From: Octopus vulgaris
Lineage: Eukaryota
DNA length: 64,000 bases
Assembly: GCA_951406725.2 (NCBI GenBank)
Contig: OX597818.1
Coordinates: 139,128,001 to 139,192,000, forward strand
Direction of reading: 5' to 3'
The notes beneath the pieces were generated by a model. That model was given only the letters and a program-made list of their open reading frames with translations, searched no databases and was not told where the DNA came from. A program made the translations under genes and the position numbers. This document shows positions 1-13,697 of the stretch, piece by piece (position 1 is the stretch's first letter; each line of letters starts with the position of its first letter).

Positions 1-807
1 TAATGCAGGAAAATGTACAGGAAAATCTTATAAAAGCGACGTCGTCAATTAAGTGCAAATATTAATATATGTGTGTGTGTCTGTGTGTCTGTGTGATTGT
101 GTATGTGTGTTTGTATGTAAATGTGTGTATATATGTGTATGTTAGGTCAGCTTGTATGTGTAATTCTGTGTGAGTGTGTGTATGTGTGCGGGCACGCGCG
201 CGCGCGTTGTAGAAGCGCTAACATGCTGTCTTAAAGGTAGCGTATTCAGCGATGACAGTGTATATGAAATACGCGAAGTGAATGCACCATTCGCGCTCTC
301 GTTTTCTCCCTCTCACCTCCCTCTCTCCTCCCCCCTCTCTTTCTGCATATCTCTCTCTCTATATATATATCTATACATGCATACAGACACGCGCGCACAC
401 ATACATACACACATGCATACATACACAAGACGCATTTTTCAGCTAGAGAATGAGAGATAAACCGACATTCAGAATTGGAACCAGGATCATAAACGCGAAG
501 ATGTCTTCTACTGTTTGATGCTAATGATGCGACATGAATCATTGACCTTTTGACCGCTAATCCGTCTCTCTCACCTCAGCTACCTGCAAGTCATTATATC
601 GCGGTTAATTGACGGTTCCCCACCCCTTCGATATTTAGCGATAGACAAAGCTGTATAAATCTAAGAAGATGTCTTAGAAGATGATCGCTAATATGCTTCT
701 AAGATCCAGCGAAGCTTCTAAAAGGCGGCATCATTATTATCGACTTTTGGTCTGTGATGCTAGCATTGTAAATCTTATAAAGTGTGCAACGGTTTGCATA
801 GTAAACA

Positions 808-1214
808 TACTCTTTACTCTTTACTCTTTTACTTGTTTCAGTCATTTGACTGCGGCCATGCTGGAGCACCGCCTTTAATCGAGCAACTCGAACCCGGGAC
901 TTATTCTTTTGTAAGCCCAGTACTTATTCTATCAGTCTCTTTTGCCGAACCGCTAAGTAACGGGGACATAAACACACCAGCGTCGGTTGTCAAGCAATGC
1001 TAGGGGGACAAACACACACACGCATATATATATATATATATACATATATACGACGGGCTTCTTTCAGTTTCCGTCTACCAAATCCACTCACAAGGCTTTG
1101 GTCGGCCCGAGGCTATAGCAGAAGACACTTGCCCAAGATGCCACGCAGTGGGACTGAACCCGGAACCATGTGGTTGGTAAACAAGGTACTTACCACACAG
1201 CCACTCCTGCGCCT
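808..1214 (-). mobile_element. tRNA-derived SINE family A, full length
   Basis: Minus strand begins AGGCGCAGGAGTGGCTGTGTGG (A-box-like) ... GGTTCAGTCCC (B-box-like), has an internal (TA)n(TG)n tract and a (GTAAAAGA)n tail; near-identical copies elsewhere in the window. Confidence 0.9.
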
Positions 1215-1674
1215 ATGTAAGTTTGTTTTAAACAACATTTTTTTTGTTAGGTCAAACTGAAAGAAAATAGTTGAGCAAGAAATCAATAAATTCTAATGAC
1301 AGCGCTGTCGAACTAGCATAAAAACCAATACGAATGGTGAGCGACGGTCTCCGAGGAAAGTAAGGACGGTCTGTGTTGTCGGTAACAATTAGTTCCCAGA
1401 GAATTCGTTGAGAAATTCTAGAAGTTGAACTGCCGTGAGGTGGAGTGAAAAAAAAAAAATCTTAAAGATTCGTTAAGAACAAGCAATTGGTAAACATGTC
1501 TGACTTCGCTGCGTTCGTGAGAAAGAGTTTAATAGAATATTAAACGATACGTGGCGGGAGAAATATTGATATCCTGCATGTATAGAATATAAATACTTCT
1601 CACCCCTTCCGCCGGTAAATTATAAAATACAGGAAAAATACAGCGGTTGTTTAAAAATTCCGGTGTTCATTCAT

Positions 1675-1714
<40 letters not shown>

Positions 1715-1870
1715 TCCTTCCTTCCTTCCTTCCTTCCCTCCTTCCTTCCTTCCTTCTTTCTTTCTTTCTTGCTTTCTTTCTCTACATGTATATGTATATA
1801 TAAAAGTATGTTTGTGTGTTTCCATGAGTGAATGTATGTATGTATACATACGTTCATACATACATGTATA

Positions 1871-1917
<47 letters not shown>

Positions 1918-1918
1918 T

Positions 1919-1994
1919 AAAGCATATTACTCTACCACTGGTATTTGAGTACTCTTTTTTCCACCTTGTTTCACATTTATGTGTTTACTCCGGT
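1919..1994. repeat. Short interspersed repeat fragment (PLE-terminal-like)
   Basis: Matches 44138-44213 (aaagcatat...ctctaccactggtatttgagtactc...tactccggt); flanked by (TA)n. Confidence 0.6.
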
Positions 1995-2274
1995 ATATAT
2001 ATATATATATATATAAAGAGAGAGAGAGAGAGATTGAGACAGAGAGAGACGTATATATGTGTGTGTACACGCGCGCGCACACATAGGCACACAAACGCGT
2101 ACTCGCATACACACACATACACATCTGTGCACTGATGAAAAACAACGTGGAGGAAAATTGTACTCGAATTCTAATATAATACAGGTAATATTTAATAGAA
2201 ACCGAAAAAGTTCAAAATATACATGCATATACACATATATAATATAGACATACATATATACATACATTTGTATA

Positions 2275-2484
2275 TACTCTTTACTCTTTTACTTGTTTCA
2301 GTCATTTGACTGCGGCCATACTGGAGCACCGCCTTTAGTCGAGCAAATCGACCCCGGGACTTATTCTTTGTAAGCCCAGTACTTATCCTATCGGTCTCTT
2401 TTGCCGAACCGCTAAGCGCCGGGGACGTAAGCACACCAGCATCGGTTGTCAAGCAATGCTAGGGGGACAAACACAGACACACAA

Positions 2485-2523
<39 letters not shown>

Positions 2524-2695
2524 CATATATACGACAGGCTTCTTTCAGTTTCCGTCTACCAAATCCACTCACAAGGCATTGGTCAGCCCGGGGCTATAGC
2601 AGAAGACACTTGCCCAAGATGCCACGCAGTGGGACTGATCCCGGAACCATGTGGTTGGTAAGCAAGCTACTTACCACACAGCCACTCCTGCGCCT
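2275..2695 (-). mobile_element. SINE family A, full length
   Basis: Colinear with 808-1214. Confidence 0.9.
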
Positions 2696-2700
2696 ATATA

Positions 2701-2747
<47 letters not shown>

Positions 2748-3197
2748 CATATATATAATATATATATGTATATATATATACATATATATATAATATACCT
2801 ATATATAATATATATATATATATAGTTATGCATATATGTAAATATAGCTATATATCAATATGTATACATATATATGGATATATATACATACATATACATA
2901 CTCGCACACACACATATATATATAGATCATTATGTATATATATATATATATTTATATATACGGGGGAGAGTAAAAAGAAAAAAGGAGAAAATGCACATTG
3001 GATGTAAAAAATAAAGGGTTTTTTTAAAAGAAGAGTAACGATATATACAATTACATGAGCTGAGGTAGAATTAAGAGGTATAAAAGTCATTATTATGAAT
3101 TGTTAAAGAAGATTCAGAGTGATACCGGTCTCGTCGAAAGCTGTACACTGACTTTGAATGAGCACCGATCTTATATTTATATATATATATATATGTA

Positions 3198-3238
<41 letters not shown>

Positions 3239-3399
3239 AGGTTTGGAGATGATGTACAGGTATTATATATTAGAAGAAATGAGGTAATCAGATCGGATGG
3301 TTCATATTTATAGATATTTATTTATATATTACATTTTTTACATATATATATCATATCATTCAGATCATATCATTCGGATTATTAGCGCTTTCTCCCATT

Positions 3400-3442
3400 C
3401 CAGTGGGGTTTTCAAATCAATTTGATTTGAAAACCCCACTGG
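3400..3442. repeat. Perfect palindrome (21-bp arms, 1-nt spacer)
   Basis: ccagtggggttttcaaatcaa-t-ttgatttgaaaaccccactgg. Confidence 0.9.
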
Positions 3443-3623
3443 TTTTTAGCCCTTTAAATATACACATGTATTAGAATTTTCTCTGATTTTTCAGATTTTT
3501 GTATGCTAGGCTACTGGTTTTAAATTGATATTAATTAAATTAATATTCAATTTATCTCCCTCATTACTTATATATGTATATATGCATATATATGTATATG
3601 CTTATATACATGTGTGTATATAT

Positions 3624-3689
<66 letters not shown>

Positions 3690-3889
3690 ACGTGTATATG
3701 TGTGTGTGTACATACCAGATAATATCATAAAATCTTAAATAAGAATTCTGGAAGATATACTGTAGCTAAATAGTTGTGGGTTCCAGATGTTAAACCACAA
3801 TAAAATAATTAAAAGCATGCTGCTATCCGAGCTGTCGCAACTGTAGGAATCCAGCCAGTTGTCTCCTCAACAGCAAGCGTCCAGGATTG

Positions 3890-4200
3890 AACTATTATAT
3901 GGAGCAGATGTTCCTTTGGGTTACTGAGAACTCATTCGAAACTTTATTTGAATTGTACGTTTATTCGTTGAAGCATCGGAATAAACGATCCTCAAAAAAT
4001 TCTACCACATCTTCACAAAATATCTGGGAATTGAAAGACCGAAAAAAAAATGAAAACTCTCCAGTTAAGTGGAATACAAATTCAAAAGTATATATATATA
4101 AGGGGTCTAACAAATGTGACACCTGTTACATAGCGAACGATATTGTCTTCAACTAACAATATTTATATAGGAACAGAAAATTAAGGATGCAAAGTTTTAA
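3890..4200 (+). pseudogene. Decayed Penelope-like GIY-YIG endonuclease C-terminus
   Basis: Translation TENSFETL...NSTTSSQNIWELKD...VKWN...KCDTC resembles the PLE EN motifs TENxFKxR / STxLSxxIWxLKD / IKW / KCxLC. Confidence 0.65.
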
Positions 4201-4510
4201 GCATATATCTCTTCCGAATATATTTCAACTTCAAATTGGTTAAATATCTGAAACAACTTGTATCCACCAGAATAATATTCGGGAATCTCAATATTTGTAC
4301 CATGGCATTTCCAGCATATTCTCCAACTCTCCATGTCTTCTTTCTCCTCGCAAAAGCTCTTAATAAGTTAGAACTGCAATACTAATTCCAGTTTATCTAA
4401 AGATTATATTTTACTATATTACACATATGAAACTCTATTCTGCCCAATTTAGTACGAACATCGTTCTCTCGGGGCAATTTCCATTCAGACTTTTTGTTGA
4501 TATATGTGTA

Positions 4511-4724
4511 TCTCTTTTACTCTTTTACTTGTTTCAGTCACTTGATTGCGGCCATGCTGGAGCACCGCCTTTAGTCGAGCAAATCGACGCCGGGACTTAT
4601 TCTTTGTAAGCCCAGTACTTATTCTATCGGTCTCTTTTGCCGAACCGCTAAGTGACGGGGACGTAAATACACCAGCATCGGTCGTCAAGCAATGCTAGGG
4701 GGACAAACACAGACACACAAACAC

Positions 4725-4761
<37 letters not shown>

Positions 4762-4933
4762 CATATATACGACAGTCTTCTTTCAGTTTCCGTCAACCAA
4801 ATCCACTCACAAGGCATTGGTCGGCGCGGGACTATAGCAGAAGACACTTGTCAAAGATGCCACGCAGTAGGACTGAACCCGGAACCATGTGGTTGGTTAG
4901 CAAGCTACTTACCACACAGCCACTCCTGCGCCT
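4511..4933 (-). mobile_element. SINE family A, full length
   Basis: Colinear with 808-1214. Confidence 0.9.
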
Positions 4934-5129
4934 ATGTGTATGTGTGCGCGAACATGTGTGTAAATGTGAGTGTGTTTACGTAGTTATGTCTACAAAGTAG
5001 AACAATGAGAATTGTAGATGTCAGTATGAATTCAGTGGATGTTGTTTTTAAGTTTAGTTTATGCGTCTCATGTTCTGAAGTTCCTCATTGCATCAAAGAA
5101 AACTATAAGATAAATAATTAATATAAGCA

Positions 5130-5350
5130 ATGATAATAATAATGGTGATGATGATGATGATGTGATGATGATGATGATGATGATAATAATGATAATAATC
5201 ATAATTATAATAATAATAACAACAACAATAATAATAATAATAATAATAACAATAATAATAATAATGATAATAATAATGATAATAATAATAATGATGGTGG
5301 TAATGATGAGGATGATGATGATGATGATGATGATAATAATAATAATAATG

Positions 5351-5381
<31 letters not shown>

Positions 5382-5461
5382 TGATGATGATGATGATGGT
5401 GATGATGATAATAATAATAATATTAATAATAATGGTGATGATGATGATGATGATGATGATG

Positions 5462-5495
<34 letters not shown>

Positions 5496-5521
5496 TGATA
5501 ATAATAATAATAATAATAATA

Positions 5522-5560
<39 letters not shown>

Positions 5561-5617
5561 TTGATGATGATGATGATAATAATAATAATAATAATAATGA
5601 TGATGGTGGTGATGATG

Positions 5618-5681
<64 letters not shown>

Positions 5682-5683
5682 TG

Positions 5684-5746
<63 letters not shown>
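5130..5746. repeat. Compound (ATA)n/(ATG)n microsatellite
   Basis: Visible trinucleotide array. Confidence 0.95.
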
Positions 5747-5939
5747 TATTAAAAATAAAATAAAAGGTGATATACTCTTCTTCTATTATGTAAAATATAC
5801 ATTATTTTATATATTTCATAATTGAGAAGATTCTCCTCTTGCTAAATACACAAACACAGCATGTATAACTTAAAATTTAACATGCTGAATATATATATAT
5901 AAAACATTTATAGTCAGTTTATGGAATGAAACACGTGCA

Positions 5940-6012
5940 GAGTACAGAAACTTCCGGTCGATGTACAGAAAGTTCCAGTTGATGTACTCAAAGTTCCGAT
6001 GTACGCAAAGCC
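5940..6012. repeat. Degenerate ~21-bp tandem repeat (about 3.5 copies)
   Basis: gtacagaaacttccggtcgat / gtacagaaagttccagttgat / gtactcaaagttccgat / gtacgcaaag. Confidence 0.7.
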
Positions 6013-6640
6013 TTGGACATCGCGGTGAGTGTATAATAAGGCGAGAGAGTACAATTTGGAATTTTCTTAATTTCCAGTATAAGTTCGCTTAACTAGTCAG
6101 GCTGGCACCGGGGAGGAACTGACTGGGGTTGCATATATAAGAATATGTCTTAATTAACAACAGATTGCACCGGATTACATTTCGGGTTTAGTTTTAGAAC
6201 TTCTAAGAATTGACACAGCAGGGATATTTGGAAATGTGCAATACCAAACTATGTTTTTATACGGAGGAATATCTTCCTGACCTTCCTACTCCGTTAAGTC
6301 TAGAGACATAAGCACACATACACGTTCACTATACACACACATATACATACATATACATATATATATATGCATATATATATGTATGTGTGTGTATATGTGT
6401 GCATGAATGTATATATAAAATTCTCTTTTAATCTAGAATTTAGAATCCTTTAAAAAGTATAAATTCTACTCTTCGATTTTGTATTGAGTACTTCCTATGA
6501 AAGTAATCACTTTCGATTGAACCAATTTTAGCAAAGTAAATACATACATGCACATACACATACATGCATACATGCATACATGCATACATGCATACATACA
6601 TACATGCATACATACATACATACATACATACATACATACA

Positions 6641-6671
<31 letters not shown>

Positions 6672-6699
6672 TTCCAAACTGCTACGTTCGCGACGATGG

Positions 6700-6830
6700 A
6701 TCCGGCGCTTTTCGTGGAAGCTCTCGCCCGCTTCTTAGGACCGACTGACCCGTGCTCGACCGCCGTTGGCACGGAACCCTTCTCCACTTCGGTCTTCGAA
6801 GGTCTCGTTCGAATATTTGCTACTTACCAC
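6700..6830 (-). rRNA. 28S: 28S rRNA fragment (dispersed, non-functional)
   Basis: Minus strand GTGGTAAGTAGCAAATATTCGAACGAGACCTTCGAAGACCGAAGTGGAGAAGGGTTCCGTG...GGGTCAGTCGGTCCTAAG matches the conserved eukaryotic LSU segment GGTAGTAGCAAATATTCAAACGAG...GAAGTGGAGAAGGGTTCC...GGGTCAGTCGGTCCT. Confidence 0.85.
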
Positions 6831-7980
6831 AATGAAACACTCCTGACGGTTATTATGAAACGGCCGAATGGAAAAATCACCTGGAAGAAACTGAATAGTT
6901 GGTTACTGGTACAAAAAGCTCACGTTCAACAGACAAATTCTCATGACCCCGTTTTAAAAAGTAATGACGCCGTGTGGACTACGATCATCCCCAAGAACAA
7001 AGTGACCCATGTAGCCAAAAACTATTGGCCCGTAGCATGCTTGAATGTTGTCTACAAACTGTACGCAAGCTGTCTGTCAAACAAATGGTGTGATAACTAA
7101 TGACAGGCAGGAGGAGAGAAAGCAGTTTGGGGCTGTGCTGAACAGCTCCTCCTCAGCAAAGCTGTTTCTAAGAATGCCAAACCACGTCGCCATAATATCT
7201 TAACGTGGCTAGATTACAAAAAGGCGTTTGACTCTGTTCCTCACTCATGGATAATAGAATCATTACGCCTTTCCAAAGAACCAGCTGCTATAGTGAATGC
7301 CATTGAGAGGCTGACCACAACATGGACTACACAGGTATCACTGACAACTACTAAAGCAACATCTATTATTGCAAACAAAAACTAAGCTATCAATAGGCAT
7401 ATTCCAAGGTGATAGTCTGTCTGTAATGTTGTTTGTAGTGGCAGTGAACCCTTTGTCATCCGTATTAACAAAATTTCAAGGCTATGTGCTGGGATATGCA
7501 GAAAAGAATAAAACTAATATCACCCATACATGCCTGAAGTTATATTCTGGTCACATGATCAACATCAAAAGACAATTAGGACTAGTCAAAATATTCTCAC
7601 GAGGCATAGGAATGGAATTTGAGCAAGATAAATGCTCGTATACGATAGTCGACTGAGGAAAGATCGATGGTTAGAGAACATGAACGTCAATGGCTTGCTT
7701 ATCTCCCCCATCTGTAATGATGGAAACAATAAGTATCTTGGAATCGATGAGGATGCTGTATACTTTGGTGCTAGGACTAAAGCCAAAATAACAAAAGAAT
7801 ACTTCTGTAGACTGCGTGAAATATGGAACTCGGAGATGTGTGCATTTAACAAAACCATATCTGACAATGCTTTTGCTGGTGCTAATACCAACGTTTGGGA
7901 TATTGGACTGGACACTTGACGAGATTCGAAACCGAGACATCAACTCTAGGGAGGTATTGACCGCCACTAATAACTTCTTC
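6831..7980 (+). pseudogene. R4/Dong-clade non-LTR retrotransposon RT remnant (frameshifts and stops)
   Basis: YWPVACLNVVYKL, GCAEQLL, WLDYKKAFDSVPHSWI, GIFQGDSLS, GMEF..DKC and KYLGI motifs in the expected order. Confidence 0.85.
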
Positions 7981-8161
7981 AGCGTCACGGCGTCACACGG
8001 GGGTGTGTGCATCGACATCTCAACCAACATACCAACTCAAGCACTTATTTGCAAACATCGGGAATTCTCTTAACTCAAAAATTCTTGTTGCTATGTTTGC
8101 GACCGTCTTGAACTCAATAAGGAAGAACTTGAATAAAATCCAACCTCCCCACCCAAAATAC

Positions 8162-8199
<38 letters not shown>

Positions 8200-8292
8200 A
8201 CACATACTCTCACTCCCTCTCTCTCACACACTAAATATATATATGTATATGTGTGTATATATATATACATATATATATATATACCTGCATAT

Positions 8293-8325
<33 letters not shown>

Positions 8326-8386
8326 CATACACACACACACACATATATATATACATACACACACACACACATATATATATATACAT

Positions 8387-8442
<56 letters not shown>

Positions 8443-9004
8443 CAAAACCTTGGCGAAATTCCAGGTATAGAAATGAAGCACATGCTTGTATGTATATAAA
8501 TCTGGATACATTTGGCGTGGAGTGATATTAGATTTCCCAGTGATACAGCAAAAGATTACTTACAGGAACCAGAACATGCTATAAACCACTGAAATATTGT
8601 GGTATCAAATGCCAACATTTTGAGTCTAAAATCTTACAACACTTCGAATGTAACGCTAAAGAGTGGTTAGATGTTATCATAATAGAAATTAGTTCTTTTC
8701 AAACAACGAGAATATATCTTTATTTACCAAATTGCTCAATTAAGTTAAATATAATATTAAATTGCATCAGATTTAGAGCTAGGAAGTGAAAACTCGCTAG
8801 AGAGTGAACGGCAAGCAGGAGAGATTTTCAGAGGAAGCAAATATTTCGGCCTCTTTGTTCTTGATACTATAAAGGAGCTGATTCCATCTTGGTCATGACT
8901 CCTAGGTGTTCTTCCGCTGTTTTTGAAATGTCATCTTCAAAATTCCCTTTGAATTCGGAACCTTCAGGTGATCTTATTTCCCTGAACTGTGGTATATATC
9001 ACGA

Positions 9005-9411
9005 AGACGCAGGAGTGGCTGTGTGGTAAGTAGCTGCTTACCAACCACATGGTTCCGGGTTCAGTCCCACTGCTTGGCACCTTGGACAAGTGTCTTCTAC
9101 TATGGCCTCGGGCCGACCAAAGCCTTGTGAGTGGATTTGGTAGACGGAAACTGAAAGGAGCCCGTCGTATATATGTATATTTATATATTTGTGTGTGTTT
9201 GTGTGTCTGTGTTTGTCCCCCCAACATCGCTTGACAACCAATGCTGGTATGTTTACGTCCCCGTAACTTAGCGGTTCGGAAAAAGATACCGATAGAATAA
9301 GTACTAGGCTTACAAAAGAATAAGTCCTTGGGTCGATTTCCTCGACTAAAGGCGGTGCTCCAGTACGGCCGCAGTCAAATGACTGAAACAAGTAAAATGG
9401 TAAAAGAGTAA
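9005..9411 (+). mobile_element. SINE family A, full length
   Basis: Reverse complement of 808-1214. Confidence 0.9.
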
Positions 9412-9429
9412 GACCACTGCAAGGACTTG

Positions 9430-9890
9430 AAGTGTAGATTTTTTTGAAACTAGGTTTCCTAGTTTAGCATCTTGAAGTATTCCTTTTCAGCTCTAGCTAC
9501 AATTTCTCTTTGTCCATAGCCATATCGAGTGTTTCTCAGCGGTCTCTGACAGACGTTTCACCATCACCGTTTACCTTTTGTTTTGCAACAGTTAACTCAG
9601 AGCTAATGTTAAGCTATAATATAACAATACTTTGGTAAACTTTGGTTGGATATATAATTTTTTTGGCGCTACGGAAAATGCTGTACAAAATTATATCTGT
9701 GAGTTATTTATTATTTGTATGATAACTTCTATAGACTATTTACTTAGGAGAGTGGATTGCTGGGCACTTTATTGTAAGGGTTTACAAAACAATGTATTTG
9801 TAATCACAGTATTACGAAAGATTCTCTATGACTCAGTCCCAGTGAATGATATAACTACAAAGTTACGTATAGAAGTAATTTTCAAATAGT
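9430..9890 (-). pseudogene. Decayed 3' end of an R2-superfamily (Hero-like) non-LTR element
   Basis: Minus-strand VKRLSETAEKHSIWLWTKR resembles the Hero C-terminal AE(R/K)xSxWLWxKR motif. Confidence 0.55.
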
Positions 9891-9926
9891 ATACTCTTTT
9901 GTGCTAGCTGATGAATGCAACATGTG

Positions 9927-9967
<41 letters not shown>

Positions 9968-10442
9968 ATACACACAAACACACACACAAACACACATTAT
10001 CACACACACACACAAACACACATACACACAAACACACACACAAACACACACACACACACACACGCACACACACACACACACACACGCTCGCGCTCACAAA
10101 TATAGGCATGAGTCTACCAGAAATATAGAATTATGTGGTAGGCCATGAGTAAAGCAACTCTACACACCCAGGACAGAAGACAAGGAGGAGTAGTAAATGA
10201 CAAAGCAGTTGGTTGGTCTGAAAAAGAGTTACTGTTTATTCTAAGGAATATTTTATTAATACTTAGAAGTTTTTCACGTAAGTGCTTCGTTAGTAGAATA
10301 ATTTAGTTTGATTTTTAATCTAAATATTCATAGCAAATCTGCTCCAAATATCACTAAATTTGCTGCAATAATATGGATTACACATTTTCCACCATGTGTA
10401 ACATCAGGAGATATGGCATGCATGCAATATCTATTAAGTTAA

Positions 10443-10587
10443 GGCGGCGGTCCGGCAGAATCGTTAGCATGCCGGACAAAATGCTTAACGGATTTTCGTC
10501 CGTCTTTACGTTCTGTGTTCAAATGCCGAAGGGATCGACTTAGCCTTTCATCCTTCCGAGACCAAAAGATAATAATAAGTACCAGTT
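10443..10587 (+). mobile_element. SINE family C (ggcggcgagctggcagaa head), partial
   Basis: Similar to 40089-40317. Confidence 0.75.
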
Positions 10588-10616
10588 GTGTGTATATATA
10601 TATATATATATAGTAC

Positions 10617-10671
<55 letters not shown>

Positions 10672-10736
10672 GGTCTCGGGTTGAGTCGGGGTTAACCACA
10701 GTAAATAAGGTACTCAATACATGGCAGAGTAAATTA

Positions 10737-10844
10737 ATTTATTTTATAGAAGGAGCTTCTACAGGACTAGAACTGTTTCATTCAAATGAAATCATTTGAA
10801 TGAAACAGTTCTAGTCCTGTAGAAGCTCCTTCTATAAAATAAAT
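10737..10844. repeat. Perfect palindrome (~53-bp arms, 2-nt spacer)
   Basis: atttattttatagaaggagc...ttcaaatga-aa-tcatttgaa...gctccttctataaaataaat. Confidence 0.9.
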
Positions 10845-10851
10845 AAATATA

Positions 10852-11006
10852 TATATACGACGGGATTCTTTCAGTTTATGTCTACCAAATCCACTCACAA
10901 AGCTTTGGTCGGCCTGAGAAAAGAGTAGAAGTGCCACGCAGTGGAAATGAACCCGGAACCATATGTTTAGGATTACAAGCTTCTTGCCACACAACCACGC
11001 CTGCGC
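10852..11006 (-). mobile_element. SINE family A, diverged 5' half
   Basis: Similar to 1045-1214. Confidence 0.75.
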
Positions 11007-11303
11007 ATATTTACATATTTCACTTCATACATATATATTTCACAAACTCTACACCATTGACATAGAGATTATGAAATAAACACGGAATATTTTTAGTTTA
11101 GTATTATATTTCGTGGCTTCACTTCTGCTTTTCTCTATCACACCAATATCTACCCGCTTAGCATATATAACAACCTACTAATAAGAAAAAAGGATGCCTC
11201 CCCCCCATACCAAATAAAACAAGAATATAAAGGAAATAAAAGCATGTACAGCCCCTTCGTCAAAAATCTCCTACCTATTTCTTAAAGGTTAATGGTCGTG
11301 AGC

Positions 11304-11364
<61 letters not shown>

Positions 11365-11598
11365 TTAATAATAATAACAACAACAACAACAATAATAATT
11401 ATAATAATAATAAACGAGACACAAACAGCACATTTTTATTCCCAATATAAGAACAACGAAAAAGAAAATATAATTCCATTGACTGATTTAATCTCGTGCA
11501 ATATATATTAAATGCTAGTGCGATGAATACGTTGATGCTGCTGCTGCTGTTTATGATGATGATGATGACGACGACAACAACAACAACAGCAACAGCGA

Positions 11599-11981
<383 letters not shown>

Positions 11982-12499
11982 GTAGTAGATGGTGCTGCCG
12001 AGCGAAAGGAACCAGCAAAAATAGGAGAGAAATAAAAAATAGAGGCATGCCATATTTGACTGCTATAAAAAGAATACCGTGTTATTCGGCGAGAAGTGGG
12101 AGAGAGAGAGAGAGGGGTGAAGGTGTGTGAGCGTATGTGAGGCAGAGAGAGGAAATGAGAGAGAAAAGGAGAGCGAGAAGGGGGATAGGAAGAGGTATTT
12201 AAAGAAAGATTGAAGAAAGGATGTGTGTATGGCGAGAGACAGGTTAATATTCCGTTCCATCTGCCCATGCTCATCACTGAGAAAGGTCGGAATTCTGACG
12301 CCGGCAGCTGTCTGCAGCAGGAATACTAAAGTGCGTGAGGCGTGTTGCCTAATTAACAGAAACATCTGTAGTTATCTTCAGATCTTTATTATTTTGTCTG
12401 GGGATGAAGGCAAGACCAGAGAAAGAAAAAAAAAAGAAGAAGACGAGGACGAAGTAGGGAATAAAACGGAGGAAGAGAAAAAAGGACGAAGAGAAAAAG

Positions 12500-12970
12500 G
12501 ATGATGATGAAGAAGAAGAAGAAAACGGTAAGCGACGAAGAAGGGGAACGCGAAGAAGGAGGAAGAAGAAGTGGAGGAGGAGAAAGAAGGGGAGGAGGAG
12601 GAGGAGGAGGAGAAGAAGAAGAAGAAGAAGACGAACAAGAAAAAGAAGAAGACGATGAAGAAGACGAAGAAGAAAAAAGAAGAAGACGAAGAAGAAGACG
12701 AAGAAGGGGAACGCGAAGAAGGAGGAAGAAGAAGTGGAGGAGGAGAAAGAAGGGGAGGAGGAGGAGGAGGAGGAGAAGAAGAAGAAGAAGACGAACAAGA
12801 AAAAGAAGAAGACGATGAAGAAGACGAAGAAGAAAAAAGAAGAAGACGAAGAAGAAGACGAAGAAGAAGAAGACGATGAAGAAGAAGAAGAAGAAGAAGA
12901 AGAAGAAGAAGAAGAAGAAGAAGAAGAAGAAGAAGAAGAAGAAGAAGAAGAAGAAGAAGAAGAAGAAGAA
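12500..12970. repeat. Polypurine (GAA/GGA)n tract with an internal ~165-bp tandem duplication
   Basis: The unit gacgaagaaggggaacgcgaagaaggagg... starts near 12534 and again near 12697, followed by a pure (GAA)n run. Confidence 0.85.
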
Positions 12971-13354
12971 GGTTGAGAGGAGGACACGGAAAAGATGAAA
13001 ACGAGAGAAAAGATGAAACAGTAGTAAAAGAAGACAAAGAACGAAAGGTAAAAAAAAATAGGAAAAGATGAAAAGGAAAAAGAAAAAAAAAACGCGATGA
13101 AAGAATTGAAAATTTTTGAAGCCGGAAAAATCGAAGAAGAAGATATGAAGAAGGAAAAGTAAAAATGATGGACATTAACAGCAACGACAACCTGAACAAG
13201 AAGAAGCAGCCTTGTCGTTTCACTAGGAATGGATGAGAAGAATGGTGGAATGTAGACACAGTTCGGCCGTCACTCGGATGCAGCTAGATTCGTCATTGTA
13301 TGTTCTCACTGTTCGACGGGCAGTGCAAGCACACACACTCTCTCATTCACACAC

Positions 13355-13394
<40 letters not shown>

Positions 13395-13435
13395 GGATAT
13401 ATAAATGTGTAGGTGTATATATATATATATATATA

Positions 13436-13650
13436 TACTCTTTACTCTTTACTCTTTTACTTGTTTCAGTCATTTGACTGCGGCCATGCTGGAGCACCGC
13501 CTTTAGTCGAGCAAATCGACCCCGGGACTTATTGTTTGTAAGCCCAGTACTTATTCTATCGGTCTCTTTTACCGAACCGCTAAGTAACAGGGACGTAAAC
13601 ACACCAGCATCGGTTGTCAAGCAATGCTAGGGGGACAAACACAAACACAG

Positions 13651-13697
<47 letters not shown>

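Noticed and set aside
997-1260. Recurrent peptides such as MPRSGTEPGTMWLV and MVVIPAVLFHHNFL that suggest a gene family
   Set aside because: They are translations of SINE families A and B
5162-5752. Poly-Ile/Met ORF, and similar ORFs at 11399-12277, 19736-20320, 38594-39467 and 52142-52783
   Set aside because: Microsatellite translations
5940-6012. Short repeat array considered as CRISPR-like
   Set aside because: No spacers, degenerate units, eukaryotic context and no cas genes
6564-7100. 178-aa ORF
   Set aside because: Chance fusion of (CATA)n, antisense 28S rRNA and a dead LINE fragment
12378-13259. Glu/Arg/Lys-rich ORFs resembling an acidic protein
   Set aside because: Polypurine simple repeat open in several frames; no domain or splice signals
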